Translations under genes and position numbers: made by a program
Part shown: piece by piece, positions 1 to 9,545 of the stretch
Layout: every line of letters starts with the position of its first letter
Numbering within the stretch: position 1 is the first letter of the stretch
NCBI GenBank assembly: GCA_041652635.1
Contig: JBAZGW010000001.1
Span: 1-62,852, forward strand
Reading direction: 5' to 3'
Source: Candidatus Omnitrophota bacterium
Lineage (GTDB): Bacteria > Omnitrophota > Gorgyraeia > Gygaellales > Profunditerraquicolaceae
DNA: 62,852 nucleotides
Notes under the pieces: model-generated
Databases searched by the model: none
Told to the model about the DNA's origin: nothing
Seen by the model: only the letters and a program-made list of their open reading frames with translations

Positions 1-116
1 CGGGCCAGATAGCGCCCTCCGAAACCGACGATCGTGGCCGGAACCCGGCGGACGTATTCGGCGTATTTCTCTTTATTCTTTATCTCTGTCGCCTCGACGA
101 TCATATAGACGGACAT
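1..116 (-). CDS. DUF1330-family protein, N-terminal fragment (gene runs off the window start)
   Basis: Not in the ORF track because it is truncated. A minus-strand ATG at 116-114 reads MSVYMIVEATEIKNKEKYAEYVRRVPATIVGFGGRYLA..., which fits the N-terminal pattern of DUF1330 proteins (...Y.EY...V...I...GGRYL.RGG). It overlaps the GNAT stop codon by 16 nt. Confidence 0.55.
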   Translation of the reverse strand, partial: MSVYMIVEATEIKNKEKYAEYVRRVPATIVGFGGRYLA

Positions 117-610
117 AAAGATTTCTCCATCAGGTAATCATCCATAATAAAACCATTGCCGATATCGGTGACCACCGGCCCGGAAATGTTAAACCCGCAA
201 TTAATATAAGCTTTTATGGCCCCGGAATTGCCCTTATTAACGGTCAGGGAAACCTTCTTCAGCCCCATTCCGCCGGCAAGCGCCTCCGTGAATTCCAGGG
301 ATTTTCTCCCGTACCCTTTGCCGCGGCAGGCGGCGCGTATGTAAATCTTGCTGAGGAACAATCTTTCGTTATGCCTTTCTGGCAGCATCCCCAAATAACC
401 GGAAACCTTCCCCTCCAACCTCAACAAATAATACTGATAACCGCTGCGCATCTGCGCATTCAAGGCGGAGACGCTTTGAAAACGCCGCAGCATATAATCG
501 ACCTGCGCCGGGCCGATAATAGGAGAATAGTGTTCCCTCCAGATCTCCCATGCCAATTTTTCTATCCGGCAGACTGCGGACGCGTCAACGGCGGGAACAA
601 ATTCGATCAT
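101..610 (-). CDS. GNAT-family N-acetyltransferase
   Basis: 169-aa ORF with an acetyl-CoA-binding core, IRAACRGKGYGRKSL (Q/R-x-x-G-x-G/A type), followed by the NSGAIKAYINCGF helix typical of GNAT folds. Confidence 0.85.
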   Translation of the reverse strand: MIEFVPAVDASAVCRIEKLAWEIWREHYSPIIGPAQVDYMLRRFQSVSALNAQMRSGYQYYLLRLEGKVSGYLGMLPERHNERLFLSKIYIRAACRGKGYGRKSLEFTEALAGGMGLKKVSLTVNKGNSGAIKAYINCGFNISGPVVTDIGNGFIMDDYLMEKSLCPSI

Positions 611-708
611 CGGCCACTCCTTTTTTATGGTGCCTCCCGGCCTCTACCGCTGCAGTTACCGGCCTATGAAGTCCGCCTTCTATATCTGTTGCGGCGGCGT
701 CTGCAGCC

Positions 709-1071
709 TTATGTTATCACTTGTTCATCGCTCGGCCTCCATGCCGGATCCACAATACACAGGAATTCAAGCGTTTTCCTGCCGCTATTGCGTATACATT
801 GAGTCTTTCCCGGCGGGATATAGACGGCGCAGCCGGCTGTGACGCGGCGGGATTCACCGCCGACATACATAATACCGCCGCCTTTAATGATATAATAAAC
901 TTCGCTGGTTTTAAGTATGTGCGGACGGGTGGTCTTACCGGGGCCGACCAGGGCGTGTGCCAGGCTGTAACGGAATTTGAAATCCCCCTTACCGGCGTGC
1001 AGCAATTCCCGCAACACGGCGTTGTCCCCGGAAACGAATCTCCGGCAGTCTTTCAGACGCCTGACGATCAT
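709..1071 (-). CDS. cupin-domain protein
   Basis: 120-aa ORF with a small beta-barrel two-motif pattern (PHILKTSEVYYIIKGGGIMYVGG ... VYIPPGKTQCIRN). Confidence 0.7.
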   Translation of the reverse strand: MIVRRLKDCRRFVSGDNAVLRELLHAGKGDFKFRYSLAHALVGPGKTTRPHILKTSEVYYIIKGGGIMYVGGESRRVTAGCAVYIPPGKTQCIRNSGRKTLEFLCIVDPAWRPSDEQVIT

Positions 1072-1108
1072 ATCAGCGGTTTCTCCTCATTCAATACTTT
1101 CCTGCAGA

Positions 1109-2839
1109 TTATCGCAGGATGACAAAATTCAACAATGTCCCCACGATAACGGATACACCGATCATTATCAAGGTCGATTTTATGAGAGCCTTTAATCCCA
1201 GTTCCTTCAAGAGCACAAAGAAAGTGGCGACGCAGGGAAAAGAAACGGCCAGCAGGGTCGTGGCGATAAAAAGCTGTTTTATGGTCATATTCAACGGGGC
1301 CAGCAGGCCGACGGCGACATCCTTACGCAGGAAACCGACGACCAGGGCCACGATCGCTTCCTTCGGTAGGCCGAAGAGTTTAACTATCAGCGGCGCGAAG
1401 AATCCGGTGATCATATCAAAAACCCGGAAATACATCAGCACATTGATGAACATAACCCCCAGCAGGACTACAGGCATAGCCTCCAGCAGGAACCCTTTTA
1501 CGCGAAAATAAAGTTTCCTGGCCAAAAGAGACGCCGGGGGGATCCGATAAGGGGGTATCTCGAGCAGGAATTCCGGGCTGTTCCCCCGCATCAGCCGGTT
1601 TAAGACCAGCCCGAGAATGATGATCAAGGAGAATAATACCAGATAGACTCCTCCCACATACCAGCCTCCGAATTTGCCCAGCAGGCCGATGATCATCGCC
1701 TGCAAAGGCACGCAGGGAACGCCGATGGAGATAATGGTCGCGGCGATCAGCCTTTCTCTTTTGGATTCCAACACCCGCGTGGAAAGGATCCCGGGGACAT
1801 TGCAGCCGAATCCCAGGAGTATCGGGATCACCGCATAGCCGTGCAGACCCAAAGGATGCATCAGGCTATCCAGCAGTATCGCCAGCCGCGGCAGATAGCC
1901 GATGTCCTCAAGCAAACTTAGTATCAGATAAAAGGCTATCACATACGGCAGGACCATACCTATCTCGATATAAGGCGCCGTTGTCAGGACCCCAAGCGAC
2001 TGCTTGAAATCTATATTTCCGCCGATCAGGTCGCCGATGAGCAGGTGGAACCAGAATCCCCCCTCGTGCAGCCCGCCTGATAATTTCTCCAGTAAAGGCC
2101 GGTAGATACCGTTGAAAAAAGGATCCGTTATCCCGGCGATGATCGCCTCGCCGATAAAACGCACCACTTTAAAAGAGGCGAAAACCAACGCCGCCGCCAT
2201 CAGCAGTCCGGTGACAGGGCGCACGGAAGCGTCTTCCAACAGTTCCCGTAAAGTATGATGCCGGTGTTCAAGGGATTGGACCTGTTCGATCAGCCTGCCC
2301 AATTCGAGCCAGCGCGCTTCATGGGAGAGTGATCCCCTGGCTACCGGACTGGCTTCCTGTATCTTGGACATCAGGAGTTTTATGCCGGAACCGGTAACGG
2401 CGCAGGTGGAAATTACCGGCACGGAAAGCAGTTCCGATAATTTAACGGCGTCGATATGGATACCACGGTGGCCGGCGTCATCGCACATATTCAGGCAGAC
2501 TACCACGGGGAAGCCCTTTTCTATTAATTGCAGCGTAAGCGAGAGATTCCGTTCCAGGTTCGTGGAATCGAGGACATTCACCACGGCGATCTCTTCTTTA
2601 GGCAGTTCGGCGAGCAAAGAAACAGTCGTCTCTTCGGCCCCGGAAGTTGGTTCCAGTGAATACGTGCCCGGCAGGTCGACTACTTCGATGTTCTTCTCTG
2701 CGAATTGCAGCCAGCCCCGGGAAATTTCCACGGTGGTGCCGGGATAATTGGAAGAGATGACCTGCACGCCGGTAAGACGGGAAAAAACCACGCTTTTGCC
2801 GACGTTCGGATTACCGACCAGGTAAATTTTCTTGATCAT
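1109..2839 (-). CDS. feoB: ferrous iron transporter FeoB
   Basis: 576 aa. The N-terminal G-domain carries GNPNVGKS (G1), DLPGTYS (G3) and NMCD (G4), followed by a polytopic membrane domain. It overlaps feoA by 4 nt. Confidence 0.95.
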   Translation of the reverse strand: MIKKIYLVGNPNVGKSVVFSRLTGVQVISSNYPGTTVEISRGWLQFAEKNIEVVDLPGTYSLEPTSGAEETTVSLLAELPKEEIAVVNVLDSTNLERNLSLTLQLIEKGFPVVVCLNMCDDAGHRGIHIDAVKLSELLSVPVISTCAVTGSGIKLLMSKIQEASPVARGSLSHEARWLELGRLIEQVQSLEHRHHTLRELLEDASVRPVTGLLMAAALVFASFKVVRFIGEAIIAGITDPFFNGIYRPLLEKLSGGLHEGGFWFHLLIGDLIGGNIDFKQSLGVLTTAPYIEIGMVLPYVIAFYLILSLLEDIGYLPRLAILLDSLMHPLGLHGYAVIPILLGFGCNVPGILSTRVLESKRERLIAATIISIGVPCVPLQAMIIGLLGKFGGWYVGGVYLVLFSLIIILGLVLNRLMRGNSPEFLLEIPPYRIPPASLLARKLYFRVKGFLLEAMPVVLLGVMFINVLMYFRVFDMITGFFAPLIVKLFGLPKEAIVALVVGFLRKDVAVGLLAPLNMTIKQLFIATTLLAVSFPCVATFFVLLKELGLKALIKSTLIMIGVSVIVGTLLNFVILR

Positions 2840-3087
2840 ATCTCTTCTACCGTTATTTTCGCCGCCACGCCGTAACCGATGGCCACCACGCTTCTGCCCG
2901 TTTTAACGACGACCGGACCGCGCAAACCTATATAACTGAGTTTGACCAATTCACGGCCTTCATTCATCCCCATACTCATCAATTTATCGCGCATATTCGC
3001 TCCGCCGGCGATCTCCACTACTTTCGCCTTTTTATTCTCCGGCAGTCTGGTCAACGGCATTCTTTTCGGGGTTTTTTCGCTTTCCAT
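2836..3087 (-). CDS. feoA: FeoA-family iron transport protein
   Basis: The C-terminal 83 aa of the 117-aa track ORF (MESEKTPKRMPLTRLPENKKAKVVEI...GMNEGRELVKL...VVVKTGRSVVAIG) is a typical SH3-like FeoA. I trimmed the start to the ATG at 3087 because the upstream 34 codons show no family similarity. Confidence 0.8.
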   Translation of the reverse strand: MESEKTPKRMPLTRLPENKKAKVVEIAGGANMRDKLMSMGMNEGRELVKLSYIGLRGPVVVKTGRSVVAIGYGVAAKITVEEI

Positions 3088-3256
3088 AGAAGTATTCCTT
3101 TCAAAGTAAGCAACAGCGACATCTAAAAGCATCGTTACGGGGCCACTCGGCCCGTCCCGTTTCGCTCGAAAGATAGCGCGGCCGGTCAACGGACACGATA
3201 ATATTATTTTATTGTTTCCTCCGGATTAGTCAAGCTTTCCGAGTAATCCGCGTTCC

Positions 3257-4183
3257 TCAGGATAAAGCGTAATAATACGCCCCGATCTTCTTCATACGCA
3301 CGCGCAGATCGAACAACCGCCCTATCCTGCGGCTTTCAAGCATATCCTTTTTCGCGCCGTCGGCGATGAATTCCCCGTCTTTCATCAATATCACCCTGGA
3401 TATTTCCGGAATGATATCCTGCAGGTTATGCGTGGCGAGGATAACGCTGATACCGGTGCCGGCTATCTTACGCACGCAGGAACGGAATCTGCTCATAGAC
3501 TGCAGATCGAGCCCGTTGCACGGTTCGTCCAGTATCAAACCTTTCGGGTCATGGACAAGGGCCCTGGCGATCAGGAAACGCCGTGCCTCTCCCGTGGACA
3601 TACGCGATATTTCCAGTCCGGAAAGATGCCCGATATCCAGGAAATCCAGTATATCGCGCGCTTTCCTGCGCATACGGGCGGTAACACGCGCCCGGTAAAG
3701 CCCCACGCTGCCGAAAAACCCGGACAATACCGTTTCCATCCCGGTAATATCCCCGTAACAGGCGGATTGCAGCCTGTCGGAGACTATCCCGAACAGATAA
3801 CGCAGATCGAAAACATTCCAGTCTTCCCTGCCCAATATCTTGAAGGAATAACCGTCAACCCCGGAAAACGGATAATACTCCCTGATCACCAGATTGATAA
3901 AAGATGACTTCCCGCAGCCGTTCGGCCCCAACAAGGCCAGGCGTTCCCCCTGCTCCATCCTGATGCTGATCCGGCGCAATATTTGTTTATTTTCCACGCC
4001 GCGCACAACGCTAAGATTATTGAATTCAAGTAACGGGACATCTTCTCGAGAACTTCCCCAAAGCATATCAACCCTCGCAGTAATGAAGCTCCCCGGCCTG
4101 TAAAACCCGGGGTTTCTCTGCCACTTAAAGCGAAATTCCTCCGAAGCAGTCACCCCCTTTATCTTCCCGTTCATCCTGCGCAT
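3257..4183 (-). CDS. ABC transporter ATP-binding protein (stand-alone ATPase, ModF-like architecture)
   Basis: Walker A GPNGCGKSS, ABC signature MSTGEARRFLIARAL, Walker B GLILDEPCNGLD and H-loop ILATHN. No adjacent permease gene. Confidence 0.8.
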   Translation of the reverse strand: MRRMNGKIKGVTASEEFRFKWQRNPGFYRPGSFITARVDMLWGSSREDVPLLEFNNLSVVRGVENKQILRRISIRMEQGERLALLGPNGCGKSSFINLVIREYYPFSGVDGYSFKILGREDWNVFDLRYLFGIVSDRLQSACYGDITGMETVLSGFFGSVGLYRARVTARMRRKARDILDFLDIGHLSGLEISRMSTGEARRFLIARALVHDPKGLILDEPCNGLDLQSMSRFRSCVRKIAGTGISVILATHNLQDIIPEISRVILMKDGEFIADGAKKDMLESRRIGRLFDLRVRMKKIGAYYYALS

Positions 4184-4284
4184 TTATCTTCGCACAAACG
4201 AATACCCGGCCTTCCGATCGGCCAGGGTACAACCACCTTAAAAACCCGCGTGATCTTCTCCGTAGGAGAATAATACGCCTCCGG

Positions 4285-5583
4285 TCAATGCCTCTTATCC
4301 GGAAATTTAACCTTCGGCTTGATCATCTCCATCTCATCGCCGAGCTTGACATCGACCAGCTTGGACTTTCGAAACGCCAGTATTTGGGAAGGATACACGC
4401 TCCTGTGCCCCGTAACAAGAAAACTGACGACGCAGGCGATCGCCGCGTAAGAAGCTATTCCGGGCCCGAATAATTCAATCGCCATAATACTCGCGGCGAT
4501 GGGCGTGTTTGCCGCGCCGGCGAGAACGGCGACAAAACCCAGGGCCGCGAAAGTCGCTATATCGAGCCCGAAGACACTTCCGAACAAATTGCCCGCCGCC
4601 GCGCCCGTGAAGAATACCGGAGTGATTATGCCCCCGCTGCCGCCGAAACTAAGGGTGACCGCCGTAAAAAACGGCTTCAGGATAAAAGCCCCCCAATCGC
4701 TTCTATTACCGGACAAAAAAGACTCGATACCGCCGATACCCAAGCCAAGGTATTGCCTGGAAAAGAACAACGCCGGCAGCGAAACGCAAAGACCACCAAG
4801 AAAAGCCTTGCCGGCTTCTCCCAAGCGCAAACCGGAGGAGAACTTTTTCACATAGGTCAACATCTCTATCAGCAGAAAAGCGGTGATCCCGAAGAAGATG
4901 CCTGCGGCCACCACCTGCAGGAATATCCATGGCCCGAAGATCGGCACAATATTGACCGGATGATATAAATACTGTATACCCAAAAAAGACGTAACATGAT
5001 AACTGATTATCCCGCAAATAAAAGAAGGCAGCAGGACATCATAAAGTATGCTCCCGGCGTAAAGCACCTCCACCCCAAAGATCGCTCCCGCGATAGGCGT
5101 GCCGAACACCGAGGCGAAACCGGCACTGATGCCGCAGATCACAAGCTTCTTACGGTCATAATCATCCAATCTCAACAGCCCGGACAAGTAAGAAGCAAGC
5201 CCGCCGCCTATCTGCGCGCAGGGGCCTTCTTTCCCGGCTGAACCTCCCGAAGCGAGGGTTATGACCGTAGCCGCCAGTTTTACCGGAACCACCCGCAGAG
5301 GGATATGACCGGACCTCTTATGCACCGCTTCGATCACCTTCTCTGTCCCGTGCCCTTCGGCGTCCGGCGCCAGATATTTCACCAATAAAGCGGAAACAAC
5401 CATGGAAACAGGAAAAAAAAGGAAATAATAATCGAACGTGGCAGCCTTAGCTGTGGACCAATTCAGTATTCTCAAGAAAATGGCGGTCGCGGCCCCCACG
5501 ATCAGTCCGGTCACTATCGAAAGCAGCAGCCATTTGAACACGGTATACAAAATAGCGCTTTCTTCGTTAATCCTTTTTCTCAT
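4285..5583 (-). CDS. ClC-family voltage-gated chloride channel / Cl-:H+ antiporter
   Basis: 432 aa and polytopic. ClC selectivity-filter motifs are present: GSAGKEGP (GxxGxEGP), GTPIAGAIFGVE (GxFxxE region) and GGIITPVFFTGAAAG. Confidence 0.9.
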   Translation of the reverse strand: MRKRINEESAILYTVFKWLLLSIVTGLIVGAATAIFLRILNWSTAKAATFDYYFLFFPVSMVVSALLVKYLAPDAEGHGTEKVIEAVHKRSGHIPLRVVPVKLAATVITLASGGSAGKEGPCAQIGGGLASYLSGLLRLDDYDRKKLVICGISAGFASVFGTPIAGAIFGVEVLYAGSILYDVLLPSFICGIISYHVTSFLGIQYLYHPVNIVPIFGPWIFLQVVAAGIFFGITAFLLIEMLTYVKKFSSGLRLGEAGKAFLGGLCVSLPALFFSRQYLGLGIGGIESFLSGNRSDWGAFILKPFFTAVTLSFGGSGGIITPVFFTGAAAGNLFGSVFGLDIATFAALGFVAVLAGAANTPIAASIMAIELFGPGIASYAAIACVVSFLVTGHRSVYPSQILAFRKSKLVDVKLGDEMEMIKPKVKFPDKRH

Positions 5584-5654
5584 TTCGGATCTCCAGAGTT
5601 ATCATTGTAATAAAAAAATCCGGGTACGGATAAACCGGCCTGCGCTGATGAGAT

Positions 5655-6173
5655 TCAAACGCGAACCTTTACCACGGTCTTGACGACCAGTGAACATCGG
5701 CCGCCGCAACAAATAGAAGGAGCGTGGGCATCAGAGGGATAAAGGACCGCCAGTCTGCCCGGTCCCATTCGCAGCCTGGAGCAGACACTTAGTGTAGCGT
5801 TTGCTCCAGTATCGCAGGTAAGACGAAAAAATGCGATGTCACTTTTGGGCTTGTAGCGCTCCGACAGATGAAGAGAACACAAAGGAGCCAGGTAGATATC
5901 TTCGCAGCCTGACCAGAAATATTGCAGGTCAATATAAAGCCGGTGGACCTCAAATTTCGCATCCTCCGCCGGCTTCGGCCGGTAGGCCTGGTGGACCGCA
6001 TATATTTCCCTGCCGCTGACCTCAACCTCCTCGCGAAACCCCTCACGGGCTGCCGAGAATAGATTTATATCAAGACCGCGCAGATATGCCAAGCCGCGCA
6101 GCAAACGCGCCTTTAACCGCCCGCCCCCGCCTATTTCGTTTTTCAGATCTTCCAGTCTTCCGTAATATGCCAT
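5655..6173 (-). CDS. YhcH/YjgK/YiaL (DUF386, EbgC-like) family protein
   Basis: 172 aa. The central FEVHRLYIDLQYFWSG matches the family hallmark (E-x-H-x-x-Y-I-D-I/L-Q). Confidence 0.6.
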   Translation of the reverse strand: MAYYGRLEDLKNEIGGGGRLKARLLRGLAYLRGLDINLFSAAREGFREEVEVSGREIYAVHQAYRPKPAEDAKFEVHRLYIDLQYFWSGCEDIYLAPLCSLHLSERYKPKSDIAFFRLTCDTGANATLSVCSRLRMGPGRLAVLYPSDAHAPSICCGGRCSLVVKTVVKVRV

Positions 6174-6195
6174 AGATGGCTATTCCATGGATGTT

Positions 6196-7029
6196 TTAAG
6201 ATACGCAGACATAATAATCGTACATAAGCGTAAACCCGCATTTCTTACAATTTACCGCCACCACATTAAAAGAATTGCCGCTGCATCTGTAGAAATGAAT
6301 GACCGCCGTATTTGCCGCAGGATCAAGGCACTTCGGGCATTGAAACTCTTTAGCCATCCTGTTCAAATTCTGAAGCAGTTTCCATCCGCCCGGATTGCTC
6401 ACCGCCTGCCCAGGCTGATAGAATGCGCTATGCCCGCAATCAAGGCAGACATGGATATTGTATTTTACGGACATCATATCCCAATTACGGGTAATGGCCC
6501 TATCATGCAGAAAAACAGGGACCAGTACCGTGCCGCTTTTACCGGCGCATTTCAGACAAACGCCTTCTGCCTGCCGTAACAATTCTTTGCCGGAAAAGAA
6601 TTTATACTCCTTATCAACCGCTATATTATAATTGTATATTTCCGTTAAACCGCATTCCAGGCAGGAAAACCTGACCCACCATATGCTGTCCGCTCCATAG
6701 AACTGAAAAAGCGAAGGATCCAGAGGCATACGAAATACGCTTACCGTTGCTTGGTCTTTACCGCAATGCCGGCATTTGAATGCAAAAGCGCGCCTGGCCT
6801 TGCGGACGGCGGTATTCCGGAATGCGCGCAGTTCCCGCCAGCTTTCAGCGCCTATACCCGGCTGATCCAGAACCATTTCGTTATTCTTCTCCCCGGAGAT
6901 AAACTTATTAAAAAGGATAAAAGCGGCCACCAGGACGACCAATAAAAAAACCAACCACACGGCATTCCTCCTTCCACTCTGCTCCAGGCAAAGATATCGA
7001 AATCCCAGGAGCAAAATGATCAGCGTCAC
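6196..7029 (-). CDS. membrane-anchored protein with three zinc-ribbon (CxxC...CxxCG) modules
   Basis: 277 aa. An N-terminal TM helix (AVWLVFLLVVLVAAFILF) is followed by three repeats of C-x2-C ... C-x2-C-G-x-[TS]-x2-Y: CRHC...CLECGLTEIY, CLKC...CLDCGHSAFY and CPKC...CKKCGFTLMY. Confidence 0.6.
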   Translation of the reverse strand: MTLIILLLGFRYLCLEQSGRRNAVWLVFLLVVLVAAFILFNKFISGEKNNEMVLDQPGIGAESWRELRAFRNTAVRKARRAFAFKCRHCGKDQATVSVFRMPLDPSLFQFYGADSIWWVRFSCLECGLTEIYNYNIAVDKEYKFFSGKELLRQAEGVCLKCAGKSGTVLVPVFLHDRAITRNWDMMSVKYNIHVCLDCGHSAFYQPGQAVSNPGGWKLLQNLNRMAKEFQCPKCLDPAANTAVIHFYRCSGNSFNVVAVNCKKCGFTLMYDYYVCVS

Positions 7030-7062
7030 ACTCTCCTGCCGCCTTTAAAGCAGTCAAACCAT

Positions 7063-7100
7063 AAAAAAGGCCGCCCTCTTTGTAAAGGGCGGCCTTTTTT
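7063..7100 (-). terminator. intrinsic terminator hairpin (bidirectional form) downstream of the TRL-like gene
   Basis: aaaaaaGGCCGCCCTctttgtaaAGGGCGGCCtttttt: a 9-bp GC-rich perfect stem flanked by A6 and T6 runs, 12 nt after the stop codon at 7112. Confidence 0.8.
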
Positions 7101-7111
7101 ACAATTACAAA

Positions 7112-7426
7112 CTAATCTCCGTACACAGTTGTAGTATACTCGCCGTAAATACCCAGGATATTCTTGGCGTCATAGTCCACGTACTTAACCGTTCTGATGT
7201 TCCCGTTAGCCATAGCCGCCTTGATGCTGGCGTCTCCGGTAGCCACCATGCCAAGTATCGAGGTAGCTTTGGATGTGCCGACTTTGGAGTAAGAAACCCC
7301 GCCGTCACCCGCTCCCACAGGAGCTTTGATCTCCGTGTAAAGAGCGCCATAAGGATATGGAGTGGCGCACCCGCCGATCAATACCGCTGCCGCTAAAACC
7401 AGTGCTACAAGACCCATTTTCTTCAT
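7112..7426 (-). CDS. TRL-like family lipoprotein
   Basis: MKKMGLVALVLAAAVLIGGC provides a signal peptide plus lipobox. The mature part (...SKATSILGMVATGDASIKAAMANGNI..V.YVDY....ILGIY...TTTVYGD) matches the TRL-domain pattern. Start set to the ATG at 7426, which is preceded by GGGGGAG. Confidence 0.7.
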   Translation of the reverse strand: MKKMGLVALVLAAAVLIGGCATPYPYGALYTEIKAPVGAGDGGVSYSKVGTSKATSILGMVATGDASIKAAMANGNIRTVKYVDYDAKNILGIYGEYTTTVYGD

Positions 7427-7504
7427 ATTACTCCCCCTTTCTTGCTTTATTGTAGCAAACAATGCCCATATTGCAAGGCTTTTATCTGTCCGGCGACGGC
7501 GGCC

Positions 7505-9397
7505 TTAGAAAGAAGCCCGTAAACCGGCGTAAAACGATCTGCCCGGAACCGCATACCCGGGGATCTCTTCGTATTTCTTGTCGAAAATATTCTCTATCCT
7601 GGCGAAAACACGGAAATTCCGCGTCAGTTCATAAGAAGAGGCTATCCTGAACACGGTATAGGCCTTGTCCGTCACGAAACTCTCGTTGTAATAGGCGTCG
7701 TAAATCACGTCCCTGCGCCTGCCCACATAGCTCATTCCTAGATTCAAGTCCGCCTTGGGCATAAAACGCCAGTCCAAGTCAAGATTGACCTGACGCCTGG
7801 GCCTGCGCAGCAGTTCCAGCCCGGTCTCTTTGTTCTCGGTATCGGTATAAGTGAAATTGGCGTTAATAGACAAGCCGTCGAAGAACCGGAATCCGGCGCC
7901 CGCTTCGTAGCCTTCGGTGCGCGCCCTGCCGATATTCATATATTTAGATGCCGCGGAATCGTAATCCACAATATCTCTGAAGTCGTTGTGAAAACGCGTC
8001 AGGCTGAAAGAAAGTTTATCGCTGAACAGCTTCTGTTCAAAGCCGAAGTCGTAGCTTTTGCTCTCGTCCGGGTTGAGCGACGGATCGCCGTAACTGGAAT
8101 ACAATTGATACAAAGACGGGGCCTTGAAGGCTGTCCCGTAATTCGCCTTCAGGCTTGTCCCGCTCTCCAGAATGTGATAAACCGCGGATATCTTATAGGT
8201 GGTTTCAACTCCGAAAAGCTGGTGGTCGTCCACCCGGATGCCGGGAGTGATAAAAAGCCTCTCGCGGAACTTGAACTGGTTTTGCAGATAATAACCTTTA
8301 TTCTCCACGCTCTTGCTGTCCTGCTTGCTCGAATACGGCCCCCACACACCTTCGGAATAATAATAAGACGAGCCGCGTTCTTTCTCGTATTCTAAACCGG
8401 CGATAAGAGTGTCCCAAGACGCCAGCGTAAAATCATGCTGCCAGGCGGTTTTCTGATCGTCACCCTTATACCAGTCGCTTATAGAATCATAAGGGTGCGC
8501 CTCGTCGGTCTCGCTGCGGTCTTTGCGGTCGAGATAATGCCAGGAAAAAGACAAATTGTGCTTCCACCAGGAATTCAACGGCTGATCGAAAGCGGCTTTA
8601 AGCGCATAATCCTTGGACCAAGAGATATAGTTGGGATCATCGTCGTAAGCGGCCGCGTCGATGTCGGTTTTGACATCCGTATAACGGCTGACCAGGCTCA
8701 ATTCCGCGTCATCGAGAACTTTGTATCCTATGCGTGAGGAAAAAGTGGTATTCCTGTAACCGTCTTTTTCCGTCCCGGTGGAGACTTTATTTATGCCGTC
8801 CGAGTCGAGACGGGAGAGATAAAAAGAATAATCCAGCGCCCCGCTCGTGCCGCGCACTTCCGCCCCCTCCCGGAAAGTGTTGTGCGCGCCCGTCTCGGAA
8901 AAGACCGCGGTCTCCGGCTTCAAAGAGCCTTTTTTAGTGACTATATTTATCACGCCCGCCATGGCATCCGAGCCGTAAAGCGTCGACTGCGGCCCGCGCA
9001 CCACCTCGATGCGTTCTATATTATCGGTTGTCAGATTGGCGAAATCGAAGGAACGTTCGATAGATATAGGATCGTTGACCTCTATGCCGTCTATCATTAC
9101 CAAGACATGGCCCGGCTTGGCGCCGCGCATGTAGACCTGCACCGAACCGCCGAAACCTCCGCTGCCGATCACCGATACGCCGGGAACGCTCTTTAACACT
9201 TCTTCCACGGTAAGTTTGCCGGAATTCTCGATCTCTTCGCCGGTGATAACCGTAGTGCTGCTTCCCGTTTCTGCCTGATATATCTCGCTCCTAGCGGCAG
9301 AGACGACTATATTCCCCAGGTCATATTCCTGCGCGCGGACAGTGCCGGCCTGCAAAAAAACCGCAAGGACCGTAAAGAACAATAAATCCTTTTTCAT
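7505..9397 (-). CDS. btuB: TonB-dependent outer-membrane receptor, BtuB-like (corrinoid uptake inferred from the riboswitch)
   Basis: 630 aa. It has a signal peptide (MKKDLLFFTVLAVFLQAGTVRA), a TonB-box-like GNIVVSA, a plug domain (VLKSVPGVSV...YMRGAKPGHVLVMIDGIEVNDP), a beta-barrel and a terminal ...YAGLRASF. A cobalamin riboswitch sits directly upstream. Confidence 0.9.
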   Translation of the reverse strand: MKKDLLFFTVLAVFLQAGTVRAQEYDLGNIVVSAARSEIYQAETGSSTTVITGEEIENSGKLTVEEVLKSVPGVSVIGSGGFGGSVQVYMRGAKPGHVLVMIDGIEVNDPISIERSFDFANLTTDNIERIEVVRGPQSTLYGSDAMAGVINIVTKKGSLKPETAVFSETGAHNTFREGAEVRGTSGALDYSFYLSRLDSDGINKVSTGTEKDGYRNTTFSSRIGYKVLDDAELSLVSRYTDVKTDIDAAAYDDDPNYISWSKDYALKAAFDQPLNSWWKHNLSFSWHYLDRKDRSETDEAHPYDSISDWYKGDDQKTAWQHDFTLASWDTLIAGLEYEKERGSSYYYSEGVWGPYSSKQDSKSVENKGYYLQNQFKFRERLFITPGIRVDDHQLFGVETTYKISAVYHILESGTSLKANYGTAFKAPSLYQLYSSYGDPSLNPDESKSYDFGFEQKLFSDKLSFSLTRFHNDFRDIVDYDSAASKYMNIGRARTEGYEAGAGFRFFDGLSINANFTYTDTENKETGLELLRRPRRQVNLDLDWRFMPKADLNLGMSYVGRRRDVIYDAYYNESFVTDKAYTVFRIASSYELTRNFRVFARIENIFDKKYEEIPGYAVPGRSFYAGLRASF

Positions 9398-9423
9398 TGT
9401 TTTTCTCCTCTCTCGGGAATACT

Positions 9424-9545
9424 CCGTTCCTGGCGATCGACCGGACTGCCTTTCTATTCGAAAGGATTACCGTTGCGGGACAGTGCCGGGAATTTCACCC
9501 GGACTTCCTTCGCCAAGTCGGTGTTCCGCCCTTCAATTACTTTTG
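9424..9545 (-). promoter_or_regulatory. cobalamin riboswitch (short form without the long peripheral extension) in the btuB leader
   Basis: The minus-strand RNA contains GAAGGAAGUCCGGGUGAAAUUCCCGGCACUGUCCCGCAACGGUAA, matching the conserved cobalamin core (GGGAA..GGUGAAA.UCC...C.GUCCCGCAAC.GUAA). A degenerate B12-box-like AGUCCGGUCGAUCGCC follows, and the element ends about 25 nt before the GAGAGGAG RBS/ATG. Confidence 0.75.

Noticed and set aside
3088-3189. N-terminal extensions of track ORFs. Examples are FeoA 3088-3189, the TM1266 regulator 56509-56652, the Dph6-like protein 10253-10315, U32 large subunits 20176-20235 and 26718-26750, and rSAM-1 33052-33099.
   Set aside because: The extensions lack similarity to paralogs or family N-termini. 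Some begin at TTG or GTG codons, run into repeats or spacers, and have internal ATGs with good Shine-Dalgarno sequences that match paralog alignments.
3197-3215. Possible Fur box (gataatattattttattgt) upstream of feoAB.
   Set aside because: It matches only about 10 of 19 positions of the GATAATGATAATCATTATC consensus, in a generally AT-rich spacer. That is too weak to call without a genome-specific Fur motif.
5610-5655. Fluoride-riboswitch-like fragment (ataaaccg...gcgctgatgagattc) next to the ClC gene.
   Set aside because: The resemblance is on the plus strand whereas the ClC gene is on the minus strand. The 5' GG.GA.GG / pseudoknot elements are missing, and the ClC has a canonical GKEGP filter rather than an obvious fluoride-specific one.
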